Assembly: GCF_009914755.1 (NCBI RefSeq)
Contig: NC_060926.1
Strand: one strand, 5' to 3'
From: the human T2T-CHM13v2.0 reference genome, Homo sapiens
DNA length: 64,000 bases
The translations under genes were made by a program, and so were the position numbers. The notes beneath the pieces are model-generated. The model made no database searches and had not been told where the DNA came from. It saw only the letters and a program-made list of their open reading frames with translations. Position 1 is the first letter of the stretch, and each line of letters starts with the position of its first letter. This document shows positions 40,047 to 53,083 of this stretch, one piece after another.

Positions 40047-40197
40047 TTAAAGTTGATCCAAGTACAAAATCTCCAGAACCATGGACTAATGCAGTCACCT
40101 GCAATTGCTTTGAGGCAACTAGGATGAGATGTGGCTACTAGCAATGGCTCTTTGATGTCTGTCACGTTTTGAAGTGATACCCCTAGAGCATGGCCTG

Positions 40198-40886
40198 TTT
40201 GTTTATTTATTTATTTATTTATTTTTATTTTTCCGTAAGTTATTGGGGTACAGGTTGTATCTGGTTACATGGGTAAGTTCTTTAGTGGTGATTTGTGAGA
40301 TTTTGGTGCACCCATCACCTGAGCAGTATACGCTGCACCATATTTGTAGTCTTCTATCCCTCGCACCCCTCCCACTCTTCCCTCCAAGTCCCCAAAGTCC
40401 ATTGCATCATTCTTACACCTTTGCGTCCTCATAGCTTAGCTCCCACGTATCAGTGAGAACATACAGTGTTTGGTTTTCCTTTCCTGAGTTACTTCACTTA
40501 GGATGATAGTCTCCAAGCCGGGCACGGTGGCTCACGCCTGTAGTCCCAGCACTTTGGGAGGCTGAGATGGATGGATCACCTGAGGTCAGGAGTTTGAGAC
40601 CAACCTGGCCAACATGGCAAAACCCCGCCTCCGCTAAAAAAAAAAAAATACAAAAATTAGTCAGGCATGGTAGTGTGTGCCTGTAATCCCAGCTACTAGC
40701 AGGGGCTGAGGCAGGAGAATTGCTTGAACCCGGGAGGTGGAGGTGGTAATGAGCTGAGATCACACCACTGCACTCCAGCCTGGGTGACAGAACGAGACTC
40801 CATCTCAAAAAAAAAAATAGTCTCCAATCTCATCCAGGTCACTGCAAATGCTGTTAATTCATTCCTTTTTATGGCTGCGTAGTATT

Positions 40887-40918
<32 letters not shown>

Positions 40919-43900
40919 CCACATACATACATATATACCACAGTTTCTTTATCCACTTGTTAATTGGTGGGCATTTGGGTTGGTTCCACAATTTTGCAAT
41001 TGTGAATTGTACTGCTATAAACATGCATGTGCAAGTATCTTTTTCGAATAATGACTTCTTTTCCTCTGGATAGATACCCAGTAGTGGGATTGCTGGATCA
41101 AATGGTAGTTCTATTTTTAGTTCTTTAAGGAATCTCTACACTGTTTTCCATAGCAGCTGTACTAGTTTACATTCCCATCAGCAGTGTAGAAGTGTTCCCT
41201 ATTCACTGCATCCATGCCAGCATCTACTGTTTTTGATTTTTTGATTATGGCCATTCTTAAGGAGTGAGGTGGTATCGCATTGTGGTTTTGATTTGCATTT
41301 CCCTGATCATTGGTGATGTTGAGCAATTTTTTCATATGTTCATTGGCCATTTGTATATCTTCTTTTACGAACTGTCTATTCATGTCCTTAGCCCACTTTT
41401 TGATGGGATTGTTTGTTTTTTTCTTACTGATTTGTTTAAGTTCATTGTAGATTATGGATATTAGTCTTTTGTCAGATGTATAGATTGTGAAGATTTTCTC
41501 CCACTCTGTGGGTTGTCTGTTTACTCTGCTGACTGTTCCTTTTGCTGTGCAAAAGCTCTTAGGTTTAATTAAGTCCCAGCTATTTATCTTTGTTTTTCTT
41601 TCATTTGCTTTTGGGTTCTTGGTCATGAAGGCCTTGCCTAAGCCAATGTTTAGAAGGGTTTTTCTGATGTTATCTTCCAGAATTTTTATAGTTTCAGGCC
41701 TTAGATTTAAGTCCTTGATCCATCTTGAGTTGATTTTTGTATAAGGTGAGAGATGAGGATCCAGTTTCATTCTCCTACATGTGGCTTGCCAATTATCCCA
41801 GCACCATTTGTTGAATAGGGTGTCCTTTCCCCACTTTATGGTTTGTTTGCTTTGTCAAAGATCAGTTGGCTGTAAGTATTTGGGTTTACTTCTGGGTTCT
41901 CTGTTCTGTTTCATTGGTCTACGTCTATTTTTGTACCAGTACCACTCTGTTTTGGTGACTATGGCCTTATAGTATAGTTTGAAATCATGTCGTGTGATGC
42001 CTCCAGATTTGTTCTTTTTGCTTAGTCTTGCTTTGGCTTTGTGGGCTCCTTTTTGGTTCCATATGAATTTTAGAGGTGTTTTTTCTAATTCTGTGAAGAA
42101 GATGGTGGTATTTTGATGGGGATTGCATTGAATTTGTGATTGCTTTTGGCGGTATGATCATTTTCACAATATTGATTCTACCCATCCATGAAGCATGGGA
42201 TGTATTTTCATTTGTTCAGGTTGTCTATGATTTCTTTCAGCAATGTTTTGTAGTTTTCCTTGTAGAGGTCTTTCGACTCCCTGGTTAGGTATATTCCTAA
42301 GTTTTTGTTGTTGTTGTTGTTGTTGTTTTGCAGCTATTGTAAAAGGGGTTGAGTTCTTGATTTGATTCTCTGCTTGGTCACTGTTGGTATATAGAAAAGC
42401 TACTGATTTGTGTACATTAATCGTGTATCCAGAAAGTTTGCTGAATTCTTTTATCAGTTCTAGGAGCTTTCTGGGGGAGTCCTTAGGGTTTTCAAGGTAT
42501 ACAGTCATATCATCAGCAAACAGTGAGAATTTGACTTCCTATTTACCAATTTGGATGCTCTTTATTTCTTTCTCTTGTCTGATTGCTCTGGCTAGGACTT
42601 CCAGTACTATGTTGAAGAGGAGTGGCGAGAGTGGGCATCCTTGTCTTGTTTCAGTTCTCAGAGGGAAAGCTTTCAACATTTCCCCATTCAGTATTATGTT
42701 GGCTATGGGTTTGTCATAGGTGGCTTTTATTACCTTAAGGTATGTCTCTTGTATGCTGATTTTGCTGAGAGTTTTAATCATAAGGAGATGCTGGATTTTG
42801 TTGAATGCTTTTTCTGCATCTATTGAAATGATCATGTGATTTTTGTTTTTAATTCTGTTTATGTGGTGTATCATATTTATTGACTTGCATATGTTAAGCC
42901 ATCCCTGCATCCCTGGTATGAAACCTACTTCATCGTCGTGGATTATCTTTTTGATATGTTGTTGGATTCAGTTGGCAAGTATTTTGTTAAGGATTTTAGC
43001 ATCTATGTTCATCAAGGATACCAGTCTGTAGTTTTCTTTTTTGGCTATGTCCTTTCCTGGTGTTGGTATTAGGGTGATGCTGGCTTCACAGAATGAATTA
43101 GGGAGGGTTCCTTCTTTCTCTATCTTGTGGAATAGTGTCAAAAGGATTGGTACCAATTCTTTGACTGTCTGGTAGCATTCTGCTGTGAATCCGTCTGATC
43201 CTGAACTTTTTTTTGTTGGTAATGTTTAAATTACCATTTCAGTCTTGCTGCTTGTTACTGGTCTGTTCAAGGTATCTAATTCTTCCTGATTTACACTAGG
43301 AGGGTTGTATTTTTGCAGGAATTTATCCATCTCTTCTATGTTTTCTAGTTTATGTACATAAAGGTATTCATAGTAACCTTGAATGATCTTTTGTATTTCA
43401 CTGGTGTCAGTTGTAGTATTTCCTGTTTCATTTCTCAGTGACGTTATTCGGGTTTTCTCTCCTCTTGGTTAATCTTGCCAATGGTCTATCCATTTTATTT
43501 ACCTTTTCGAAGAACCAGCTTTTGTTTCATTTATCGTTTGTATTTTTTTTATTTCAATTTCATTTAGTTCTGCTCTGATCTTTGTTATTTCCTTTCTTCT
43601 GCTGGGTTTGGGTTTGGTTTTGGTTTGTTCTTGTTTCTCTAGTTCCTTCAGATGTGACCTTAGATTGTCAGTTTGTGCTCTTTCAGTCTTTCTGATGTAG
43701 GTGTTCAGGGCCATGAACTTTCCTCTTAGCACCGCCTTTGCTCTATCCCAGAGGTTTTGATTGTCATTCAGTTTGAAGAATTACTGTCATTCAGCTTGAA
43801 TAATTTTTTAATTTCCATCTTGATTTCGTTTTTGACCCAATGCTCATTCAGGAGCAGGTTATTTAATTTTCATGTATTTGCATGGTTTTGGAGGTGCCTT

Positions 43901-46900
43901 TTGGAGTTGATTTCCAGTCTTATTCTACTGTGGTCTGAGAGAGTGCTTGATATAATTCCAATTTTCTTAAATTTATTGAGGCTCGTTTTATGGCCTATCA
44001 TATGGTCTATCTTGGAGAAAGTTCCATGCACTGTTAAATAGAATGTATATTCTGTGGTTGTTGGATGAAATGTTCTATATATATCTGTTAAATCCATTTG
44101 TTCCAAGGTATAGTTTAAACCCATTGTTTCATTGTTGACTTTCTTTCTTGATGACCTGTCTAGTGCTGTCAGTGGAGTATTGAAGTTCTCCACTATTATT
44201 GTGTTGCTGTCTATCTCATTTCTTAGGTCTATTAGTAATTATTTTATAAATTTGGGAGCCCCAATGTTAGGTGCATATATGTTTAGAATTGTCGTATTTT
44301 CCTGTTGGACAAGGCTTTTTACCGTTGTATAATGTCCCTCTGTGTCTCTTTTAACTGCTGTTGCCTTAAAGTTTGTTTTGTCTAATATAAGAATAGCTAC
44401 CCCTGCTTGCTTTTGGTGTCCTTTTGCAAGAAATGCCTGTTTCCACCCCTTTACTTTAAGTTTATGCGAGTCCTTATGTGCTAGGTGAGTCTCCTGAAGG
44501 CAGCAGATGGTTGGTGAGTTCTTATCGGTTCTGTGGTTCTGTATCTTTTAAGTGGAGCATTTAGGCCATTTACATTCAATGTTAGTATTAAAATGTGAGG
44601 TACCATTGCATTCATTGTGCTTTTTGTTGCCTGTGTACTTTTTGTTTTTATTTTTTAACTTGTATTTTATTTTTGTTTTATAGGTCCTGTGTGATTTATG
44701 CTTTAAAGAGGTTCCGTTTTGATGTGTTTCTAGGATTTGTTTCAATATTGAGAGCTCCTTTTAGCAGTTCTTGTAGTGGTGGCTTGGTAATGGCGAATTC
44801 TCTCAGCATTTGTTTGTCTGAAAAAGACTGTATCTTTCCTTCGTATATGATGCTTAGTTTTGCTGGATACAGAAGTCTTGTCTGATAATTGTTTTGTTTG
44901 AAGAGGCTGAAGATAGGGCCCCAGTCCCTCCTGTCTTATATGGTTTCTGCCAAGAAATCTGCTGTTAATCTGATAGGTTCTCCTTTGGAGGTTACCTGGT
45001 GCTTCTGTCTCACAGCTCTAAAGATTCTTTCCTTCGTCTTAAATTTGGTTAACCTGATGACAATGTGCCTAGGCGAAGATCTTTTTATGATGAATTTCCC
45101 TGGTGTTCTTTGTGCTTCTTGTATTTGGATGTCTAGGTCTCTAGCAAGGCCAGGGAAGTTTTCTTTGATTATTCCCCCAAATATGTTTTCCAAGCTTTTA
45201 GAATTCTCTTCTTCCTCAGGAACACCGATTATTCTTAGGTTTGGTCATTTAACATAATCCCAGACTTCTTGGAGGCTTTGTTCATATTTTCTTATTCTTT
45301 TTACTTTATCTTTGTTGGATTGGGTTAATTCAAAGACCTTGTCTTTGAGCTCTGAATTTCTTTCTTCTACTTTTTCAATTCTATTGCTGAGGTTTTCCAG
45401 AGCATTTCACATTTCTAAAAGTGTGTCCAAAGTTTCCTGAATTTTTTATTGATTTTCTTTAAGCTATCTATTTGCTTGAATATTTCTCCCTTCACTTCTT
45501 GTATCATATTTTGGATTTCCTTGCATTGGGCTTTGCCTTTCTCTGGTCCCTCCCTGATTAGCTTAATAACTACCCTCCTGAATTCTTTTTTGGGTAAATC
45601 AGGGATTTCTTCTTGGTTCGGATCCATTGCTGGTGAACTAGTGTGATTTTTGGGGTGTGTTAAAGAGCCTTGTTTTGTCATATTACCAGGGTTGGTTTTC
45701 TGGTTCCTTCTCATTTGGGTAGGCTCTGTCAGAGGGAGGGTCTAGGGCTGAAGGTTGTTGTTCAGATTCTTTTGTCCCATAGGATGTTCCCTTGATGTAC
45801 TATTCTCCTCCTTTTTCTATGGATGTGGCTTCCTGTGAGCCAAACTGCAGTAATTGTTGTCTCTTTTCTGGGTCTAGTGACCCAGTGAGTCTACCAGGCT
45901 CCAGGCTGGTACTCGGGGTTGTCTGCACAGAGTCCTGTGATGTGAACCATCTATGGGTCTCTCAGCTGTGGATACCAGTGCCTGTTCTGCTGGAGGTGAA
46001 GGGGGTGCAATGGACTCCATGGGGGTCCTTTGGTGGTTTAATGTTCTATTTTTGTGCTGGTTGGCCTCTTGCCAGGAGGTGGCACTTTCCAGAGAGCATC
46101 AGCTGTGGTATTATGGGGAGGAACCGGTGATGGGCCAGCCCTAGAATTCCTAAGGTTATATGCCCTTTGTCTTCAGCTGCCAGGGTGGATAAGGAAGAGC
46201 CGTCAGGTGGGGGAGGGGCTAGGCATGTCTGAGCTAAGACTCTCGTTGGACATGTCTTGCTGCAGCTGCTGTGGGGGATGGGGGTGAGATTCCCATGTCA
46301 CTGGAGTTGTGTACCTGGGAGGATTATGGCTGCCTCTGCTGAGTCATGCAGGTTGTCAGGGAAATGGGGGAAAGCTGGCAGTCACAGGTCTCACCCAGCT
46401 CCCATGCAAACCAAAGGGCCAGACTCACTCCCACCATGCCCCGCCCCAACAGCCCCCAGACCATTTCCAGGCTTGAAAACCTGCCCCAGGCTATCTGCCT
46501 CCCAGCTGCAGAAGAAAAAGGCTTGGTTCTTCCCCACCTGTGGAGTCTGCACACCGGATTTGCGCCCTCACAAGAGTTCTGTCCAGGAGGCGTCTCACCC
46601 TGTTCAAATTGTTACAAAGTTCAGCTAGAGATTGGCTTCTCCCTGTGTAGTTTTACCCCCTGCTCCTCTCCCATTGGGTCCCTGTGGTGCCAGGCAGGAA
46701 TGGCCTTCTAGGGGACCCAGCCACCTCCCAGGCCCTTTCCGCTGCTTCCCCCTACACCTGTATTTCCCTCATCTCTTCAGATTGACTCAGCTCCAGGTAA
46801 AGTCGGAAACTTCTCCCACAAACAGACCTTCAGCTTCTCCAGTGGGGGTGTGTGTTCGGGAGAGGAGGGTCTCCTTTTCCCACTTCTGCAGTTGGGGCAC

Positions 46901-46965
46901 TCTCAGTTTTACGGGGGGGGGCGGTCTCCTGGGTCCTGCAGGTGCAATCTGCTTCCTTCAGAGGG
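40198..46965 (-). mobile_element. Near full-length inactive L1 (L1PB-like), antisense to SP140
   Basis: Ordered minus-strand remnants: 5' UTR, ORF1 (MRRNQKTNPGNMTKQ...), EN (FNTPLTALDRSS), RT ([19 protein letters not shown]), C-terminus, 3' UTR and (TTTA)n tail; many frameshifts. Confidence 0.93.
40517..40817 (+). mobile_element. Alu inserted into the L1 3' region
   Basis: Full dimer; TSD ATAGTCTCCAA on both sides. Confidence 0.94.
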
Positions 46966-47575
46966 TCATGTTGCCTAGGCTGGTCACGAACCATGGCCTA
47001 TTTTTTATGTACGTATAAAAGAAAAGGATTATGATAAAGGAGAAAGGGAGACAGGAGACCTGTCTCCTGATAATGTGATAATAGAAGATTCAGTGTGGGT
47101 GACTGATGAAGGAGTATTTTAAAATCGTGAAGATCTGTTCCATTTCTGTGTTCCATGAGAATGGCCCCAAGATATTTGGGTCAAATGTAGGGAGGCCTGG
47201 TATTTCAGAAAAGATTGACCCCCATTGTCTTCAAGACTCAGTTAATCCTAGAAATCCTCTTATCTTTCCTTCAGTCATTGGTCTTGGGAAACTCTGAAGA
47301 CATTGTAACATTTCTTTATATAATATTATTTCCTCAGCCAATAGATTATGTCTGAGAAAATAGCCTAGTTTTTGTTTTGTTTCATTTTGTTTGTTTTACA
47401 AACTTGGAGTTTTTCCTTAGAAGTTTTATGTCCATTTTTGCCCAACTCAATGAATAGATTAAGAAATGTCTAGATCTATAGAGTATAATAGAGGTGACCT
47501 ATGCATCAGATCAGAGAAGATGCAGGTATGAGCTTTGTATCCCTTAGGCCGTATTTAAAACTTGGAAGAAGATGG

Positions 47576-48170
47576 TTGTGTTCGTTTTTCATTGCTGCAT
47601 GACAAATAACCACAAATGTAATGGCTTACTACAATACCCACTTGTTATCTCACAGTCCTGCCAGCAGAAGTGTGGGTGGGCTCAACTTAGTTCTCTGCTT
47701 AGAGTCTCCTTAGGCTGAAATTAAGATGTCAGCCCAGCTGAAGTCTTGGCTGAAGGCTCTGAGAATCTTGCAATCGAGCTCACCCAGGTTGTTGACATAA
47801 TCCAGTTCCTCGTGGTTGTTGAACCGAGGTCACAGCTTTGTTGCTGGTTGTTGGTCACGGACCACTCTCAGCTCCTGGAAGCCAATCATATTCCTTAATA
47901 CATTGCCCCTCCATCTTGAAGCCAGCAATCTTGTGTGGAATCCTTCTCACACTTTGAATCTCTGACTTCCTCTTCTGCTGCTGGCTAGAGAAAACTCCCT
48001 GCTCTTAAAAGGCTCATAAGGTTAAACCAGATCCACTCTATTAGTCTCTCTTAAGGACAGCTCTGCCATATCACATAAGGTAATTATGGAAGTAATATCT
48101 CATTATGTTCACAGTCCTCAGGATTAGGGAAAGAAATATTTGGGGGCCATCTTAGAATTCTGCCTATCGT
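47576..48170 (-). mobile_element. MLT1-type MaLR LTR
   Basis: ATTGCTGCATGACAAATAACCACAAA...GGGGCCATCTTAGAATTCTGCCTA. Confidence 0.75.
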
Positions 48171-49363
48171 CAAGGAAATTCCTAGAAAATAACTGTCCAG
48201 ATAAGCCACTGATTTTCCCAAGCAAATAATATTTATCTTTATCAAGTGAGACATTAAACAAAGCTGAACATAAATATATTAAAAATTTTGGCTTTAGGTG
48301 AGACTGAAGAGATTGTAGTAATCTGGTTAGGAGGTACAGGGAAGTGAGGTATACCTATTTTGTTTATTGCTTGCAGACCTCAAATCATCCGTAGTGTAGG
48401 TATACTAATGGTCAGGTCAACTATACATAGATCATGTGTCAGAGAATTTTCCAGGACTTCTAAAATTAGTCCTTCTTCTGAACCTTTAATCTGGTAGTTC
48501 TATTTGCAGAATAGATCCCTACCTATTACATTTATAGAGGTTTTGTTGAAAACAGTGTTCCTCAGATAATGGTCTGAAAGTAATAGATTACTGGTTGAGA
48601 TGTGGAAACATTCAGTGATTTTTTTCTCTTCTTTTATAGACCTACTTGTCAAATGTGTTACTTACTTTGGACATGACAAAACCTCCCCATTGCAAGCCAG
48701 AGTCATTTTAGGGAAAATTTTGCCAGTTATTAAGAAAAGTACAAGAGTTAGAATCATGATGAAAGTATACAGAGGAAGTGAACATTTTGTCGGGGAGATT
48801 ATGGCTTTGGCAAAGACAATCCCGTGACAAACAGCAAAGAGGCCACTATATTTCAGTATAAGTGTGAATGGTGTGTTCCACATGAATGAAGCAGAAACTG
48901 AAAAGGGGACATATGATTAATTACATGATTGTAGTTGACTCCAGATTACATACTAAACAAAATGATTTTCTTTCACAAATTGACAAGACACTAGGTGCCC
49001 TCATGAAGGTTTTGATGAGGGACCCAAGAAAAAATGTGACCGAACATCTTTGCACAGTTTGGCTACTGTCTAATGGACCCACATCCATTAGTTTTAGGGG
49101 CTGGCTTGAATTGAGGACTTATCAGACCTTGACCACCAGCTGTTTGCTTTGGATCACTGTCTTCTAACATTCAGAAAGCACAGGAAAATCAGGAACAAGC
49201 ACACATGAAATAAGACTTTTTGTTTTTTTGGTGGGGTTTTGCTATGTTGCCCAGGATAGTCTAGAATTCCTGAGCTCAAGCCATCTGCCTGTAATATGAC
49301 CTATTAACAGGCATAAGCCACCATGCCTGGCAGAGATAAGACTTTTTAAAAATAGACAGAAGA

Positions 49364-49661
49364 GGCCGGGTGTGGTGGCTCATGCCTATAATCCCAGCAC
49401 TTTGGGAGGCCGAGATGAGTGGATCACCTGAGGTCAGGAGTTCGAGACCAGCCTGGCCAACATGGAGAAATCCCCTCTCTACTAAAATTACAAAAATTAG
49501 CCAGGCGTGGTGGCAGGCACCTGTAATCCCAGCTACTTTGGGAGGCTGAGACAGGAGAATCTCTTGAACCCAGGAGGCGGAGGTTGCAGTGAGCCGAGAT
49601 TACGCGGTTGCACTCCAGCCTGGGCGACAAGAGTGAAACTCTGTCTAAAAAAAAAAAAAAA
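49364..49661 (+). mobile_element. Alu (AluSp/Sq-like), preceded by a minus-strand Alu monomer fragment (~49215-49330)
   Basis: Full dimer and polyA. Confidence 0.94.
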
Positions 49662-50653
49662 GACAAAAGAAAGGTAACAGTAGATGAAGTAGTGAAACAA
49701 GTAAATAAGTAAATAAGCACATTAATTGAGAAAATGTTTGCTAAGTGGTGTACTTCCAACTGAAAATATCTAATTGTATCTAATTGTATACCCATGTTTA
49801 AATAAGATAAATTCAGAACTAGGAGCTCAGTGAAACAAGTCAGAGTTCGAGTTGTTGTTGAGAAAGATTCACTTGGCAGTAGGTCAGAAAAATGACCTGA
49901 GCTGGACACAGTGGCCTGAGATTCATGCCTGTGGTTCCAAGGGTCCCACAGGACACTCCCCAGCAAGAATCTTCAAGATAATCTCGGCAGGAACTCCAAT
50001 TTTTGAAGGGCTAGGCTACTACTCATAATCTGAAACTAAAAGCTGATTTATTCCTAGCTAAGCAAGGCACCTAGTGGGAGGAGGCCCTGTGCTTGTAAGA
50101 CACAGTCTCTATAGAAAAGGAAACTGCAGTTTTATAGAGAGTTTTAGGAAGCATATTGTGTAGGGACTCCAGACCTTCAGAAACAGGAGTGTTTATGAGT
50201 AATTTAGCATTTGGCCATCAATGCAGGCTTTGTGGAGGGGGTGTTGCTGACTGGCTGGGCTTCAGATATGTAGAACTGCCAGTAATGGGCTCGCTTTCAG
50301 AAATGTGACTGGGGATATAAGTAGTCAGTGGCCAATTGGGATGAGTTTAAATAGTTGCTTTTCACTATTGTCAAAGAACAGTAGTATTTTCTGGAATGAT
50401 AAGAGTTTCCTTGCTTTATTCTCAGGACTACAAGTACAAAAATAAAAGTAGAGAAAAGGAGGATGAGGTGCATAACATGGGGAGAGCGTGGCTCTGTTAT
50501 GTGTCAAATGTGATTATTGGAGCAGGTATATTTTTTTCCAGAGAACAGTTCATCTTAGCTCAGAATATCAGTGTGCAGTATAGCAGCACTGGAAACTCTT
50601 CTGTGGTCATTGTCTCAGGATCCTTGGACAATAATTTTCTTGTTTCTCATTAG

Positions 50654-50740
50654 TGTCTAGTGAACTAGAAAATCACCCAATGAATGAAGAAGGAGAATCA
50701 GAAGAGCTTGCTTCTAGCCTGCTATATGATAATGTACCAG
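50654..50740 (+). CDS. SP140: SP140 exon 13 (VSSELENHPMNEEGESEELASSLLYDNVP)
   Basis: TTTCTCATTAG| ... CAG|GTAATT; 87 nt, phase 1-1. Confidence 0.92.
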
Positions 50741-50958
50741 GTAATTATGACTTAAAAATAGTGAAAACAGAAACAGAGTTCTGATAAAGAGAAAAAGGAG
50801 GAGAAAAAATAGACTTAAAGGAAGAGTCAAATATAAGGAGGAGCAGTGAAAGGAGAAGATTTCAGAGGAAAAAGTAAAGAAGGGGGAGCAACAAGGGTGC
50901 AGAAAATAGAGTCACTGGGTCAAACTGAAAGTCTTCATGAATCACAATTTTGGCCCAG

Positions 50959-51075
50959 GAGCGGAGCAATCAGCATATGAAAATGAGAAGTGTTCCTGTG
51001 TCATGTGTTTCTCAGAAGAGGTGCCAGGAAGCCCAGAAGCAAGGACGGAAAGTGATCAAGCGTGTGGCACAATGG
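50959..51075 (+). CDS. SP140: SP140 exon 14 (GAEQSAYENEKCSCVMCFSEEVPGSPEARTESDQACGTM)
   Basis: TTTTGGCCCAG| ... TGG|GTAAGG; 117 nt; KCSCVMCFS motif shared in the SP100 family. Confidence 0.92.
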
Positions 51076-51707
51076 GTAAGGCTGTCTGAGGGCCGTGGGA
51101 TGGGGGTGGCTCAGTGGGCCCCACAGACCCCCAGTAGGGTGGAGGTAGGTGCTCCAGTCTGTCCAGAATTCTATTCTCCGCATTTGCTTGACCTGAGCCT
51201 TTGGGGAGCTGCAGGGAGGCAAGAGATCGTTATAAAGTACTATTTAAGAGGATGGACTCTGTTGATTAGACATAGATGATGTCATAGAAGTATACTCTTT
51301 GCAATGGCACTTATCTTGTGTATTGCATTAGTATATTAAGTTACACCCAATCTTCCATGAAGCCCAGGATACCCCAGTGAACTTCTGCTGGTAGATAATA
51401 GTGTCACTTTGCTACAACTTAGAAAGGCCACACTCAAAAGACAACTAATCCCGGTACTTAATTGTCAGGAGGAAAGACTGCAGGTCTACTCTTCTTAGCC
51501 CAACACGTATTTTTGATAGAAGACCCAGGGCCCATCCTAGACTCCTAGTTCTCAGTTCGGTGGGTTTTTGGTTCCCCTAGAAGAAAGAGAGGAATGATTA
51601 TCCAAGCATCTGTATAAACTCAAGCCTTCTGTAGTATACATTGTCCTAAAATCTATAACTTTTATTTATTAATTTCTGTTTCCTCACCACCACTTGTTAT
51701 TTTCCAG

Positions 51708-51761
51708 ATACTGTGGATATTGCAAACAACTCCACTTTGGGAAAACCCAAGAGGAAAAGAA
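51708..51761 (+). CDS. SP140: SP140 exon 15 (DTVDIANNSTLGKPKRKR, start of basic NLS)
   Basis: TTATTTTCCAG| ... GAA|GTAAGA; 54 nt, phase 1-1. Confidence 0.92.
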
Positions 51762-53083
51762 GTAAGAATAAATAAGAATTTATTTGCTTTTGGTATTACA
51801 AATACGTTTTTAATGCCAGAGTTTTAATTTTGTCATTGTTACTATTTCTGTTATTATTTGTAATACTGTGGTAGACAGAAGGATGACCTCCCTAAGATGT
51901 CTACCTCCTAATCCCTGGACCTGTAATCTGCTATCTTACATGACAAAAGGGACTTTACAGATACAATTAAGCTAGAGACCTTGAAATGGGGAGATGATCC
52001 TGGGTTATGGGGTGGGCACAATCTAATCTTGTAGGCCTTAAAGAGTGGAAAACTTTTCCTGGCTGTGGGGAAAGGAAGATGTGACTATGGAAGAATCATC
52101 AGAAATATGTCATGTTGCAGGCTTTGAAGATGGAAGAAGGGACCAAGGAATATGGGTGACCTCTAGGAGCTGAAAAGACAAGGAAATAGCTTGTCCTTTC
52201 CAGCTCCCAGAAAGGAATTACTTTAGCCAGTGAGACCCATGTCACACTTCTCACTGACATAACTGGAAGAAAATACATTTGTGTTGTTTTAAACCACTAA
52301 ATTGGTGGTAATTTGTTATGGCAGCAATTAAGAGTAATACAGATTTTGGTACTTAGAAGTAGGGTGTGGCTATTAACATATTCCTGAAAGTGTTGGCATG
52401 CCTTTGGGATTGGGCAATGGACAGAGGCTGGAAGAATTTTAGATTATGATCGGAAAAGCCTATATTGCCTTGAGTAGTCCTTAGTAGAAACATGGATGCT
52501 AAAGACTGTGCTAGTGAGGACTGAGAAGGAAGTGAAGAACATGGGAGAGAAAGCCTATATTGCGTTAGAGAAAACCTGGATCATCATGAGCAGACTGTTA
52601 GTAAAAATATGGAGGTTAACTGTGTTACTGGTGAGCACTCAGAAGGACATAAGAAAGATGTGGAAAGGGCCTCCTTATTATATAGTGGTCTGTCCTGTAC
52701 TCATGTGAAAAGCAGAACTTTCTGGATCTATAGCTAAGGAGATTTCCAAACACAGTGATCATGGTGTGTTGTGGTGTCTTTTGCTAATTATAGTAAAATG
52801 CAAGAGGGAAGAGGTATATTGAAGGAAGAGCTGCTAAACGAAAAAGAATCAAGTCTTGATGATTTAGAAAATTCCCAGCCTATCCAGGTCAAAAAACATG
52901 ATAAAATGAGGAGATTCACTGTCAGGGACGTGTGCTTGGTAGAAACAACAAAGACTTTTTGCCAGTTCCCTGGGAAGTAGTGAAAGGTCAGATTATACAT
53001 TCACAAAAAAAGTTATTTGAAGAGACGTAGCATGTGACTCATAAGTCCCTCAGCCATCTCAGCAGAAGTCAAAAATAGATGTG

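Noticed and set aside
41162-45714. L1 ORF1/ORF2 pieces as active retrotransposon genes
   Set aside because: Broken by many stops and frameshifts and by an Alu; not competent.
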